Shown here: piece by piece, positions 19,926-30,217 of the stretch | Layout of the letters: each line of letters starts with the position of its first letter | Numbering within the stretch: the stretch's first letter is position 1 | IMG/VR virus record: IMGVR_UViG_3300030433_003470 | Location: 1-45,681 of that record | Length of the DNA stretch: 45,681 nt | From: a virus | Lineage: Duplodnaviria; Caudoviricetes | Direction: 5' to 3' (one strand) | The notes under the pieces: generated by a model | The model's input: only the letters and a program-made list of their open reading frames with translations | Databases searched by the model: none | Told to the model about the DNA's origin: nothing | Translations under genes and position numbers: made by a program

Positions 19926-20860
19926 TACACTCCTCTAATGTTCGGGTAGTTAATTATAAACCATTCGCAAGTTTTTTTTAATGCAATATCAAAATTTGTA
20001 TAATTGTTTTTTTCCCAACCCAGTGATGTAAGGTTATCATTGCAAGATGGTTTTTTATATTGACCAGAGGGTTTTTTTGTATCCCAAAAAACCTCGCATT
20101 CATACTCAAAAATTTTAAATATTTCATCAACAACATATTTTATCGAGTATTCATTTGTATTTCCAATGTTTATTGGTCCAACTCCATTATACTTTTTTAG
20201 CAAAAACAAAAGTATTTTTGCAACATCTTTAGAATATGTAAACTCTCTTAGTGGCTCTCCAGTACCCCAAAGGTTAATTTTACTTTTGCCATTTATCTTT
20301 GCATCGTATATTTTTCTTATCAACGCAGGAATTACATGTGAGTTTTGTAAATGAAAATTATCATTCTCACCAAAAAGATTATTGGGGACTGCAGTTATAA
20401 AATTGCAGTTGTATTGTTGCCTATAAGCTCTAGATTGCACATCTAACATTCTTTTTGCGTACGCATAGCCAAAGTTTGAAAAATGAGGTGCTCCCAAATG
20501 TATTTGATTTTCTGTTAGTGGATATTTTGCGCTGTGAGGGTATATGCAAGTGCTCAGTAGAGAGACTACTTTTTCAACTTTGTGAAGACGACTTTGCTCT
20601 AAAACATTAGAATTAATTTTTATGTTGTCATAAAAAAAAGAGCCCACATTGTCAATATTTGCTTTTATTCCACCCACCTTAGCAGCCAAATGAACAATAT
20701 ACTTCGGCTTATAGTAAGTTAACATTTTAGAAACTTGTTGTTCTTGCGTCAGATCATAATCTTTACTGCCGACAAATTGGGCACCCGGAATAATGTTTTT
20801 CAATGCGAATCCGACCATGCCGGTACCACCTGTGACTAAAATATCTTCTTCGTTTATCAT
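19925..20860 (-). CDS. fcl: GDP-4-keto-6-deoxy-sugar epimerase/reductase (GDP-L-fucose synthase Fcl or ColC-like)
   Basis: [37 protein letters not shown] and [10 protein letters not shown]. Confidence 0.9.
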   Translation of the reverse strand: MINEEDILVTGGTGMVGFALKNIIPGAQFVGSKDYDLTQEQQVSKMLTYYKPKYIVHLAAKVGGIKANIDNVGSFFYDNIKINSNVLEQSRLHKVEKVVSLLSTCIYPHSAKYPLTENQIHLGAPHFSNFGYAYAKRMLDVQSRAYRQQYNCNFITAVPNNLFGENDNFHLQNSHVIPALIRKIYDAKINGKSKINLWGTGEPLREFTYSKDVAKILLFLLKKYNGVGPINIGNTNEYSIKYVVDEIFKIFEYECEVFWDTKKPSGQYKKPSCNDNLTSLGWEKNNYTNFDIALKKTCEWFIINYPNIRGV

Positions 20861-21759
20861 ATTCCTCTAGCTTTTAAAAGGTCATCGGTTCTTTTTTGTA
20901 GTAAATTAAATTTTGAACCATCAACAATTTTAAAATCTTTCTTCGAACTGTTGTGCCAATGCCAGCCAAAAGAATCTAAAAATAAATGATCTTTGTTATC
21001 TAATTTGTCATAGAACCACTGGCTTTCTATTTTATCACCCAACCCAGGATGTGTTTTATTAATACACCATTCAATATTAAAAAAGGCTGCTGGCATAACA
21101 TCAAACTCATATCTTCTATATAATGCTGCAAACATATCCTTACCCCAACACACCGTTCCGGGTCTAGCTGGTGTTAATAACAATTGTCTAACTAATTCAG
21201 TCATAAATTGACTTTCTTTTTTACCAGAGAGGACAGTTGCGCATGCTCCATCAACAGCAAAATTAGTTTCTGATCCCCACATATACATGTATTCCTGATC
21301 TAATATGGGTTTAAAGTCTCTTAAGAGTATAACATCCATATCAATCCAAACACCACCATACTTGTATAAAAGTAAAATTCTAGCTAGGTCGCTCTGTAAA
21401 TAATATTTCGGATCTTTCATTTTTAGTTTTAAATCACCCTCTAAAGGAGTTCCAATAGCCTCTTCAGATGCATTATAAACTCTAAACTCAACTAAATTTT
21501 TATAAGGTTGTATATAAGGATTATCTGATATATCATAATCTGACCAAACAATCATTGATGTTTGATCCAGATTTTGTGTCGCTAAATAAGACTTTATAGC
21601 CATTAATTCTTTTGGTGTTTTTATTTCGCTATAAACATGAAATATAACTTTCTCATCTGGATATTCATAATTTTGTAAATTTAAACCTTTTAAAAATTCA
21701 TTACACGCTTCATAATTTTTATAATACTCGGAATTTTGTTTAAAATTAATGTTTATCAT
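20857..21759 (-). CDS. Glycosyltransferase, GT32 / DxD sugar-binding family
   Basis: QSDLARILLLYKYGGVWIDMD signature. Confidence 0.85.
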   Translation of the reverse strand: MININFKQNSEYYKNYEACNEFLKGLNLQNYEYPDEKVIFHVYSEIKTPKELMAIKSYLATQNLDQTSMIVWSDYDISDNPYIQPYKNLVEFRVYNASEEAIGTPLEGDLKLKMKDPKYYLQSDLARILLLYKYGGVWIDMDVILLRDFKPILDQEYMYMWGSETNFAVDGACATVLSGKKESQFMTELVRQLLLTPARPGTVCWGKDMFAALYRRYEFDVMPAAFFNIEWCINKTHPGLGDKIESQWFYDKLDNKDHLFLDSFGWHWHNSSKKDFKIVDGSKFNLLQKRTDDLLKARGI

Positions 21760-22931
21760 TTTTTGTCCTCTGTACGTGTTGATTCGTTTACAACTTTACA
21801 AACTAATTGTATCTCTTCATCTGTTAATTGATGATTATTTGGCAAATAAAAACCATAATCATTTACCAGCCCAGCGTTTTTAAATTTAATCTCACCATAT
21901 CTTTTTATCCAAAACGGCTGCTGACCAAGAGAACCACAAATTAAAGGTCTTGTTTCTATATTGTTTTTCTTGAGACCTTTAACTATTTCTTTTCTTTTTG
22001 GATGTATCATGGGATAAGCAAAATTAGATATGTAGTTCTCTTCACTAGAACGTTGTGGTGTCCAAAAATCATTAAAAATTAGTTCTTTATAACGATTATA
22101 ATTATTATTTCTATTAGTAATAACCTTATCTACTTTTTCTAATTGATTTAATCCAATAAATGCTTGCAAATCGGTTGCTCTTAAGTTAAAACCGTAATAA
22201 TAAAATTTATACAAGGAATCGAAATCGTCACCAATAGAATACTTTTGTCTAATTTTGACCACTTCATCTTCATCCATGTCGCGATCCCAACCATGGCTAC
22301 GTAGACTTTTTAATAAGTTAAAAATCTTTTTATCATTGGTGCAGATCATTCCACCTTCTATTGTTGATATGTGGTGTCCAAAATAAGTTGAAAAAGAAGA
22401 CATCAGCCCAAAAGTGCCCAAAGATTGACCTTCATATTTAGACCCCAAAGACTCGCAGGCATCCTCCAATAACACCACATTATTATCTTCGCAAATTTTA
22501 GTGATAGCATCCATATCTGGTACCATACCCAAAACTGAAACTAAAATTAATGCACTGGGTTTATGTATTGCAATAATATTTTGCAAATCTTCTAGATCAA
22601 CAGATAAGTCGGTCATATTGCAGTCACATAAAACAGGCTCCAAACCTAGCTGTATAACTGGAGTTAAATCTGTTGACCAAGATACTGCGGGTACAACAAC
22701 CTTGTCTCCGACCTTTATCATGCCGCTTTCTATTAAAGCGTATAACATTAATAAATTTGCCGATGATCCTGAATTTACAAAAACAGAATATTTGCACCCT
22801 AAAAACTCGGACCATTTTTTTTCGTATTCTATGGTTAAATTTCCCTTTGTTAATCTGGGATAAGTTTTTAACCATCCTATTAAGTTATCAATGTCTTGAT
22901 TATCAATTGTATCTTTAACTAACTGTATCAT
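21756..22931 (-). CDS. DegT/DnrJ-fold PLP enzyme, ColD-like GDP-4-keto-6-deoxymannose 3-dehydratase
   Basis: VNSGSSANLL, EDACES, SFSTYFGHHISTIEGG (His at the catalytic Lys position) and LRSHGW. Confidence 0.8.
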   Translation of the reverse strand: MIQLVKDTIDNQDIDNLIGWLKTYPRLTKGNLTIEYEKKWSEFLGCKYSVFVNSGSSANLLMLYALIESGMIKVGDKVVVPAVSWSTDLTPVIQLGLEPVLCDCNMTDLSVDLEDLQNIIAIHKPSALILVSVLGMVPDMDAITKICEDNNVVLLEDACESLGSKYEGQSLGTFGLMSSFSTYFGHHISTIEGGMICTNDKKIFNLLKSLRSHGWDRDMDEDEVVKIRQKYSIGDDFDSLYKFYYYGFNLRATDLQAFIGLNQLEKVDKVITNRNNNYNRYKELIFNDFWTPQRSSEENYISNFAYPMIHPKRKEIVKGLKKNNIETRPLICGSLGQQPFWIKRYGEIKFKNAGLVNDYGFYLPNNHQLTDEEIQLVCKVVNESTRTEDKK

Positions 22932-24021
22932 TTTTGAAAAATTCCTTAATTGAGTCTATTATATACTCTTGTTGCTCTGTTTTTAACTTATAAGAAGATG
23001 GTAGTGATATTCCCTCATAGTAACATCTCTCACTTATTTTAAAAGTTTCACTTTCTAAACACTCATAACAAGGCTGTAAACTTAAAGGATAGAAAAAATC
23101 TCTTGTTTGAATATTTTTACTTTTTAGATAATTTTGCAGTTCTTCTTTACGACTAGTCAAGAAAGAGGTGAACCAATGAACAGGCGTAGTACGAGGATCT
23201 AGATATACTGGTCGAAGCACATGATTTAAGCTTTTTAAAGATTCTTGGTATTTATCATAAATTTTTTGTTTTTTTGATATTATAGCTGGTAGTTTATCTA
23301 ACTGCGCGAGACCGATGGCAGCTTGCATCTCAGTAAAACAAAAATTAAAACCTACATACTTATGAATAAACACACCTTTACCATCTCTACCATGATTTTT
23401 TAATCTATAGCAAGCTTGTTTTAATTCATCACAGTTTGTTAATATGATACCGCCTTCGCCGCAGGTTATTGTTTTGTTGCCATAAAAAGATAAAATTCCT
23501 AAATCACCATAAGTTCCGACATGTCGGTTATCAAACTTAACTCCAACTCCCTGTGCGGCATCTTCAATAACACCTATGCCATATTTTTTTGCTATTTGCA
23601 TTATACGATGCATATCTGCGCTTTGTCCATATAAATGAACAGGCATTATTGCCTTTGTGTTTTTATTTATTAATTTTATGATCTCCTCTGGGTCAATACA
23701 TAATGTTGCTGGGGATACTTCACAAAAAACCGGGGTTGCCCCTGTCATTAAAACCGCATTTGAAGTGGCGATGAATGTTAAATTTGGAACTATTACTTCG
23801 TCACCAGGACCAATATTTAAAGATTTTAAACAAGCATAAAGCGCAACAGTCCCATTTGTGTATGCAATCGCATGCTTTGATCCCGTTAACTTTTTAATTC
23901 TATCTTCGAACTCTTTTGTTAAGACATTTTCTGTGACATAAGTTGAATCAACTACTTTTTTTAAATAATATAATTCACGTTCATCGATCCATGGCTCAAT
24001 CTGGGGTATAAAGTCCGTCAT
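22915..24021 (-). CDS. DegT/DnrJ aminotransferase, GDP-perosamine synthase-like
   Basis: NGTVAL, PVHLYGQ, EDAAQ and SFYGNKTITCGEGG. Confidence 0.82.
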   Translation of the reverse strand: MTDFIPQIEPWIDERELYYLKKVVDSTYVTENVLTKEFEDRIKKLTGSKHAIAYTNGTVALYACLKSLNIGPGDEVIVPNLTFIATSNAVLMTGATPVFCEVSPATLCIDPEEIIKLINKNTKAIMPVHLYGQSADMHRIMQIAKKYGIGVIEDAAQGVGVKFDNRHVGTYGDLGILSFYGNKTITCGEGGIILTNCDELKQACYRLKNHGRDGKGVFIHKYVGFNFCFTEMQAAIGLAQLDKLPAIISKKQKIYDKYQESLKSLNHVLRPVYLDPRTTPVHWFTSFLTSRKEELQNYLKSKNIQTRDFFYPLSLQPCYECLESETFKISERCYYEGISLPSSYKLKTEQQEYIIDSIKEFFKNDTVS

Positions 24022-24382
24022 ATGATTTTTGTTCCTTAATGTCTGAATTACAATAATTGTTTATTTCATTTTTTGCTAAAAATCTTTTATCATTTAATAT
24101 GGCATCGAGACGGGCACATTTCACAAAATCATCACCAAAGTTTTCATTTTTTTCACACTCTCTGATAATATCCTCTGCATCCCATAACTGCTTATTAATG
24201 TTTTTTAAATTTTCAACTAATTCGCTCGGAACCTCAATATTCTCTTTTTTTAACGAGGATTTAAGTATGGCAAGCTCTTCGTTAATATATACTAATTTTG
24301 TTTTATTGTCAATGTTTTCTTTTTTTATTTCTAAGATTGTAATTTTATCAACAACCTCTCCTATTGATACTTCAATTTTCAT
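23996..24382 (-). CDS. DUF6165-like protein
   Basis: IEVSIGEVVDKITILEIK...INKQLWDAEDIIR...NDKRF..KNEIN pattern, typically found in glycan gene clusters. Confidence 0.7.
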   Translation of the reverse strand: MKIEVSIGEVVDKITILEIKKENIDNKTKLVYINEELAILKSSLKKENIEVPSELVENLKNINKQLWDAEDIIRECEKNENFGDDFVKCARLDAILNDKRFLAKNEINNYCNSDIKEQKSYDGLYTPD

Positions 24383-25262
24383 TTATATCTCCTATTAGTT
24401 TTGCGTGATAATCGATGGTCAAAAACTTTTTATTGTTTTCAAAATTATACTCAAAGCTTACCAGATCATCAAACTTTTGATCATTCAAATTGTCCCAAGA
24501 GTCTAAAAAGACCCCAGGTACTTCGTGATATTTAAATAAAAACTCTATAGTATTCTTAACATTTATTGGTATGGAATCTACAAGCAGGCATTCATAGTTT
24601 CTGTGTACATCGGGACCGGCTCCTTCTAGACAAATAACAAATTTATACTGATCTAGTAGCTGCATATATTCCTTAAATGGTAACTTATCTTTTTGAACTT
24701 CAACGAAATCTAGATTCCGCAATGAGTTAAATAAATTTCTTCTCTTGGGGTTTGTATTAAGAGTGTGATAAGGTAAAAGAATTTTATTTTTCTTATCATG
24801 AAATTTTGTTCTAGCTTGTCTTTGCTCTAAAAGAAAAGTTTGATTTCCTCCATCTCTTTCAATCTCTTCAAAGCCAATTGGAATGGGAATAATCTTATTA
24901 TTTTTTAAAGATGGCGGGTTTGTACAAAACCACTTAATTAGATTGGGACTGTTCATAATTTTTTCATAACTCATATCACCATTGCATCCAACGTGATAAG
25001 AAGAAATACCACTTACAAGAATAAATTTATTATTTATTTGTGGAAATACGTAATTCTGAAAATAGCCGTCGTATATGTAATCGGTTTTTACAAAAATGAC
25101 GTCACCATCGCAAACTTCTCTAGGGTTAAAATTTGGTAAGTCGTGAAGTCTACTTACGCCAACAGATTTATAAAACTCGTCACTTCTGTCCATACAATGA
25201 TCTGCGAACATGGGCATCCAGTTATAGCATATAAATGAGTCTCGTGTAATTTTTTTTATCAT
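24372..25262 (-). CDS. Putative glycosyltransferase (exostosin/GT47-like C-terminus)
   Basis: YKFVICLEGAGPDVHRNYECLLVDSIPI, a GT-B donor-binding-type motif. Confidence 0.55.
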   Translation of the reverse strand: MIKKITRDSFICYNWMPMFADHCMDRSDEFYKSVGVSRLHDLPNFNPREVCDGDVIFVKTDYIYDGYFQNYVFPQINNKFILVSGISSYHVGCNGDMSYEKIMNSPNLIKWFCTNPPSLKNNKIIPIPIGFEEIERDGGNQTFLLEQRQARTKFHDKKNKILLPYHTLNTNPKRRNLFNSLRNLDFVEVQKDKLPFKEYMQLLDQYKFVICLEGAGPDVHRNYECLLVDSIPINVKNTIEFLFKYHEVPGVFLDSWDNLNDQKFDDLVSFEYNFENNKKFLTIDYHAKLIGDINEN

Positions 25263-25270
25263 GATAATCT

Positions 25271-25981
25271 TTATTTATACTCCACAATTTTCCATTTTGC
25301 TCTACTGTAATTTCCAAGAGGGTGATTTCTAAAATCGTGAAAAAATACGTTGTCCTGTTTACAATAAAAATCTACTAAAGTTTTAAAAGAGCTTTCCATG
25401 CAGTGTATTTCTTCAGCCTCTTGTAATATTTTTATAAAATGAAAAATATTTTCTGTCACGTCATTTTCAATTATTTTTAAACTTGGGTTGATAAAATGTT
25501 CTCTGTTCATTTTATAACCTCTGGATGGGTCATCGTGCATAAAAATAAAAGGTTCGTTTTTTGGATTTAGTTTTTTAAAAACTCGTTGCTCCTCTGATAA
25601 GTCTCTATCAACGTGAAACATATCGTACCTTATATTATATGGAATACGAACTTGATCATAAAAGTATTCCCAACAATTTTTATTATTATTCAATGAAGCT
25701 TCAGCCCAAGGGTAGTTTTCATGACCAACTCTTAAAAAGAACTCACAACTATTATCAATTAGATATTTGTTAACATCTTGCATTTCATTATTTTTATCTA
25801 CTTTGATGATGTTAATATTATCGTCATCACGATACATATACTGAATCATGCTGTAATAATTTGATTTTGCAAAAACAGACACTCTATCAAAATCACTGTT
25901 TTTTAATATATATCTAACCATTCCATTGCAATCAAAATGATCTCCTAATCCTAAATGGTGATGAATGTATAAATTTTTCAT
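25271..25981 (-). CDS. Putative glycosyltransferase-like protein
   Basis: HHLGLGDH N-terminus and IHCMESSF (GT9-like pattern); cluster context. Confidence 0.5.
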   Translation of the reverse strand: MKNLYIHHHLGLGDHFDCNGMVRYILKNSDFDRVSVFAKSNYYSMIQYMYRDDDNINIIKVDKNNEMQDVNKYLIDNSCEFFLRVGHENYPWAEASLNNNKNCWEYFYDQVRIPYNIRYDMFHVDRDLSEEQRVFKKLNPKNEPFIFMHDDPSRGYKMNREHFINPSLKIIENDVTENIFHFIKILQEAEEIHCMESSFKTLVDFYCKQDNVFFHDFRNHPLGNYSRAKWKIVEYK

Positions 25982-26943
25982 TAATGTTGTCTCACTTGCT
26001 TTGATATGTTTTTATATACTTCTTGCTGCACTCCACCTAGAGTGAATTTATGCCTAACACTAGAAATGTTTTTTAACATTTGATCAACTCTACTTTGATT
26101 TGATATCAAATACTTTTCCAGATTATTGATCCCACGATCTATAAGAGATACAGGAAAACGTAAACAAACATCGTCGTAATTTATTTCTGAATCATAAGGA
26201 AATACAAGTCGGTTTACCAATATAACAGGCACAGTGTTCAGATGCAAACACTCAAAAAAGCGGTAAGAGAATCCTCCATCACTTGGACCACCCTGTGGAC
26301 ACAAGCTGAATACCGAAGAGCTAACTGCTTTATAATATTGTTCTTTGTCTAAACCAGATAAATAATGAAACGTGTCTTTTCCACTTTGCATTATGTGATT
26401 TGCGAGTTTTGCTCTGATATTGTTGTTTGGAGTCCCGATAAAACTTGCGAAATATTTTTTATTTTCTTCTACAACATCTGTGTTTATATTCCAAAATGGA
26501 ACAATTATATTTCTTTTGTGTTTTTTGCTAGTATATCCAAAGTTAACAACCCAAGCATTTTTATATTTTTCCATTATCCAACCATGAAGTGCCCAGTCAT
26601 TATCATGATTCCAATGGAAAACAATCAAGTTATTTGGGTATTTTTTACAAAAATGATCTATGCAGTTATACATCTGTACTTGCATGTTGTTGAACTCAAA
26701 CAACTCCAAATAAATACTAAAAACAAAAACTGTGCTACTATCAACTTTATCTGTTTGATCGAATAAGTGAAAATTGCAGTAGTCCTCTTGCTTGGCAGAC
26801 CTGGAATTTGGACACCATATATCTATTTTTTCTAATATATCTGGTCGGGTACGAAGATATTCATTTAACCAGCCTGCGGGCGGCTTTGCTATATCTTCTA
26901 TCTCTTGGCGAGATATTATTTTAAATTTTATCGGCTGGGTCAT
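25981..26943 (-). CDS. Exostosin-family (GT47-like) glycosyltransferase
   Basis: ASFIG...IR and SSVFSLCPQG...SYRFFECLHLNTVPVIL; the ATG at 26943 forms a TAATG overlap. Confidence 0.72.
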   Translation of the reverse strand: MTQPIKFKIISRQEIEDIAKPPAGWLNEYLRTRPDILEKIDIWCPNSRSAKQEDYCNFHLFDQTDKVDSSTVFVFSIYLELFEFNNMQVQMYNCIDHFCKKYPNNLIVFHWNHDNDWALHGWIMEKYKNAWVVNFGYTSKKHKRNIIVPFWNINTDVVEENKKYFASFIGTPNNNIRAKLANHIMQSGKDTFHYLSGLDKEQYYKAVSSSVFSLCPQGGPSDGGFSYRFFECLHLNTVPVILVNRLVFPYDSEINYDDVCLRFPVSLIDRGINNLEKYLISNQSRVDQMLKNISSVRHKFTLGGVQQEVYKNISKQVRQH

Positions 26944-28061
26944 TATTTCCACTCATTTATGACTTTACAGACTATCTCCATTTCCTTTTCACTCATAAAA
27001 GGGTGCATCGGCAAACTCACTATTTTCTTGCAAAGCTCTCTTGTCTTACTATTGTTGTATGTCTCTCCCAAATAGCTGTACGGTGTTGTTTCTTCAATCG
27101 GTATGGGATAGTGTATCCCATTTTGCACATTGTTTTTGTTTAAATAATCAATAAAATCACTTCTATTTTCAACGGAAACACAATATATGTGGTAAGTATG
27201 GTTTTTGCAATAATGCGCTGTTTTTGGAGTAATAACTTTGTTATTTGTAATGTTTTTATTATAGTAATCGGCAACTTTGTTTCTGCTTTGATTCCACTTA
27301 TCTAAGTGTTTAAGTTTTTCTTTTACTATGATAGCTTGCATGGTGTCTAACCTGTGGTTATGTCCTTTAAAATCATAGTAATACTTTTTCTTTGATCCGT
27401 AATTTCTCAACATTTCAACATTTTTTGCTAAACTTTCATCGTTTGTTGTTACGACACCAGCATCCCCAGCTGCTCCTAAATTTTTACCAGGATATAAAGA
27501 AAAAGCAGATATGTGACCAATGCTTCCTGTTCTTCTTCCATCCTCACATAAAGTTCCATGAGATTGTGATGCGTCTTCTAAAACCTTACAATTGAATTGT
27601 TCAGCTAGTGACATGATTGATTTCATATCTGCGCAGTGACCATATAAATGTACTGGTACCAGCAAACATTCGTCCCAATCTTCTCTTCTTTTCACTAATT
27701 GTTGTTCCACTAAAGAAACGTCAATCTGAAAGTATTCATCATGATCAACTAAAACAAATTCAGCATCTGGATATGCTTCTTCTACACCTAGTATGGTTGC
27801 AATAAAAGTGTTAGCTGGGATTATAACTCCCACTTTCCCTTTAAGCTGCAGGGCACGAGCTGCTAACTTTAAAGCATCGGTTCCTGTTGATACTCCAACG
27901 GCATATTCAGAACCAACATATTTTGCAAAGTCCTCTTCAAATTGCTTTACAGCAGGACCATTGATAAATGCGCTTGTTTCAAAAAGTCTATCTATCTGAG
28001 GCTGCGCGGCGTCTCTGATTGCCAGCCATTGTTTGTTCAAGTCATTAAAATTAATTTTCAT
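26943..28061 (-). CDS. DegT/DnrJ aminotransferase, FdtB/WlbC-like (3-keto-sugar aminotransferase type)
   Basis: GTDAL, PVHLYG, EDASQSHG, FSLYPGKNLGAAGDAG, LRNYGS and GIHYPIP. Confidence 0.85.
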   Translation of the reverse strand: MKINFNDLNKQWLAIRDAAQPQIDRLFETSAFINGPAVKQFEEDFAKYVGSEYAVGVSTGTDALKLAARALQLKGKVGVIIPANTFIATILGVEEAYPDAEFVLVDHDEYFQIDVSLVEQQLVKRREDWDECLLVPVHLYGHCADMKSIMSLAEQFNCKVLEDASQSHGTLCEDGRRTGSIGHISAFSLYPGKNLGAAGDAGVVTTNDESLAKNVEMLRNYGSKKKYYYDFKGHNHRLDTMQAIIVKEKLKHLDKWNQSRNKVADYYNKNITNNKVITPKTAHYCKNHTYHIYCVSVENRSDFIDYLNKNNVQNGIHYPIPIEETTPYSYLGETYNNSKTRELCKKIVSLPMHPFMSEKEMEIVCKVINEWK

Positions 28062-28923
28062 TTAGTGCCTCTATGATTTTTAGAGTCATCTCTCGTTGCT
28101 TTTTATATCCAAATAACTCATTTGATAAAAAATTATTTATAGAAATATGCAGCGGACTCTCGTTGTTTTCAGTTGACATTATTATATCTTCTTTACAGTC
28201 TATTTTTAAAGATTTTGTAGAATCATCCCAAGTAATGTAACCATTATCAAAATCAAAATAACATTTTCTATCTTTTTTAGAATGACTCCAACTAGCATTT
28301 ACAACAGATGTGAAACTATGAAAATCAAAATAACCAATAGCACTATCATCTTGAAGCTGTGATTTATCTCTTTTATAGTTTATCCATTTAACTTCTTTAG
28401 GGCTTTTTTCGAAAATATGTAGTAGAATAGACAAATCGTGACTCGCTAAATCGTATCGGGCGTCGACATCATCTCTGAATGGACCATAATTTTGTCTATT
28501 TAAAAACACATGCCTAACGTCCCCCAAAACTCCTGTATCATAAACTTTTTTTATTAAATTGACTTGATTGTTGAACGTGAATATCCAATCAACAAACAAA
28601 TTACTTTTATTTTTATCTGCCGTTTTATAAAGATCTTTAGCTGTTCCAACATCGTCTGTTAAAACTTTTTCACAAAAAACATCAACACCTTTTTGTAAAA
28701 AATATTTACAAACTTCATAGTGATGAGTGACTGGTGTTAAAACAAAAACCTTATCACAATTAACTTTTTTATAATCATTTGTTAATTCAAATTTTCTTCC
28801 AAAATTTAAATTACTCAATGTAGAATCATTATCACATAAAACTAAATCTTCTTGTCCAAGCTGTATTAGGTTATTTATAATGATTTTTCCCCAATAACCA
28901 CAGCCAATTACCCCAATTTTCAT
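28051..28923 (-). CDS. Gfo/Idh/MocA-family NAD(P)-dependent oxidoreductase
   Basis: IGVIGCGYWG, VFCEK and DLASHDLS. Confidence 0.88.
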   Translation of the reverse strand: MKIGVIGCGYWGKIIINNLIQLGQEDLVLCDNDSTLSNLNFGRKFELTNDYKKVNCDKVFVLTPVTHHYEVCKYFLQKGVDVFCEKVLTDDVGTAKDLYKTADKNKSNLFVDWIFTFNNQVNLIKKVYDTGVLGDVRHVFLNRQNYGPFRDDVDARYDLASHDLSILLHIFEKSPKEVKWINYKRDKSQLQDDSAIGYFDFHSFTSVVNASWSHSKKDRKCYFDFDNGYITWDDSTKSLKIDCKEDIIMSTENNESPLHISINNFLSNELFGYKKQREMTLKIIEALNEN

Positions 28924-29555
28924 TATCTTACTCCCATTTCTTTTCTAGTAAAATATCTTCTATCTCCCAGTAGGTTGTTCTTTGTAGAGTCATAATATAT
29001 TGCTGCGCTATCATCTTGTGGTCTGGGCGTTATGTTATTAAAATTAGTCATAGTTTGCTCAAATAAAGTAAAACCATAGACTTGCGATCTTTTATAGACA
29101 TCCTCTACCTCGTCTATATCAGGATAAATGCTATACTTTAGTTGAGCGATTATGGGTCCATCATCTATGCCTGGAGTTATCTCGTGAATTGTTACACCAT
29201 GCTCAACTTCTTCATTTTTTAGCGCCCAATTAATCGGTGAAACGCCCCTGTATTTTGGCAACGGAGAGTTATGTAGGTTTATTATTCTTCCGCAACGGTC
29301 AATAAATTTCTTTTTAATTATTTTATCATAAAATACAGACATCGCCAGATCTGGATTAAAAGACAAATCTTTGTAATGACCTGATTTTACCACTTTAACG
29401 TTGTTCTGTTTAGCCCACTTTGAAATTGAACTAGTCCAAGTTGGCTCAGGAATAACCGGTATAACGCAAGCTAGCTCATACTCTTCTGATTCTTTAAACC
29501 ACTCACATACTTTTATGGCTAAATCGCCTTTTCCTAATATAACAACTTTTTTCAT
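28923..29555 (-). CDS. Sugar N-formyltransferase (N10-formyl-THF dependent)
   Basis: INLHNSPLPKYRG, GVTIHEI and IDDGPI; single short domain within the sugar cluster. Confidence 0.88.
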   Translation of the reverse strand: MKKVVILGKGDLAIKVCEWFKESEEYELACVIPVIPEPTWTSSISKWAKQNNVKVVKSGHYKDLSFNPDLAMSVFYDKIIKKKFIDRCGRIINLHNSPLPKYRGVSPINWALKNEEVEHGVTIHEITPGIDDGPIIAQLKYSIYPDIDEVEDVYKRSQVYGFTLFEQTMTNFNNITPRPQDDSAAIYYDSTKNNLLGDRRYFTRKEMGVR

Positions 29556-30217
29556 TTTTCTACCGCTGCCTTTAACATTTCTCTGTGTTCAGGATAAAGA
29601 AGATTATCATCTTTATCAAAAGCCTCTCCAACGAATTCATAACCCAACCTGGGCTCGGGAAAGTTATTTTTTTCGAAAAATTCATCATGAACGACTTTAT
29701 TGTTTATTATAGCAGGATATATTTTTTCTCTTAAAAAGTTTTGATCAACCTGCCAAAAATCTCCCTTTGCATAATCATTTATTCCTGAAACCATGCCAAT
29801 TAACAATCTATTTCTAACTCCCCACATACCTCCAAGAATTTCTGTTGCGTGCTGTGGGTGGTCTCTCATAATATGAAAATCTTTATCGCTTGCAAGCCAT
29901 TCGTCTACGGCAGCTTTTTCTCTTTTTGTTAATCGGCTATCCGTATCTCTAGATATCATAACACTAACATTCTGATCAGACGCGGCATAAAATCTCCAAA
30001 ACATACCAGTCCAATTTCCAGATTCATTCATAATAAACACTTCTGTGTTTTTAAATTCCATCAATTGATTTATTATTTCTGTTGGCGTTGACTTTCCAAC
30101 ATAATATCTGCAAATCCAACCTGGGTAAATTTCTTCTGCAAGTTTTGCATTTTTTATAGCGCCGATAGTATAAGTGGGATTATCACCCCACAAGCTAAAG
30201 CATATTACTTTTTTCAT
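29552..30217 (-). CDS. Conserved hypothetical protein, probable GT-A-like glycosyltransferase
   Basis: FSLWG, MFWRF, SRDTDSR (DxD), FHIMRDHPQH and ILGGMWG. Confidence 0.55.
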   Translation of the reverse strand: MKKVICFSLWGDNPTYTIGAIKNAKLAEEIYPGWICRYYVGKSTPTEIINQLMEFKNTEVFIMNESGNWTGMFWRFYAASDQNVSVMISRDTDSRLTKREKAAVDEWLASDKDFHIMRDHPQHATEILGGMWGVRNRLLIGMVSGINDYAKGDFWQVDQNFLREKIYPAIINNKVVHDEFFEKNNFPEPRLGYEFVGEAFDKDDNLLYPEHREMLKAAVEK

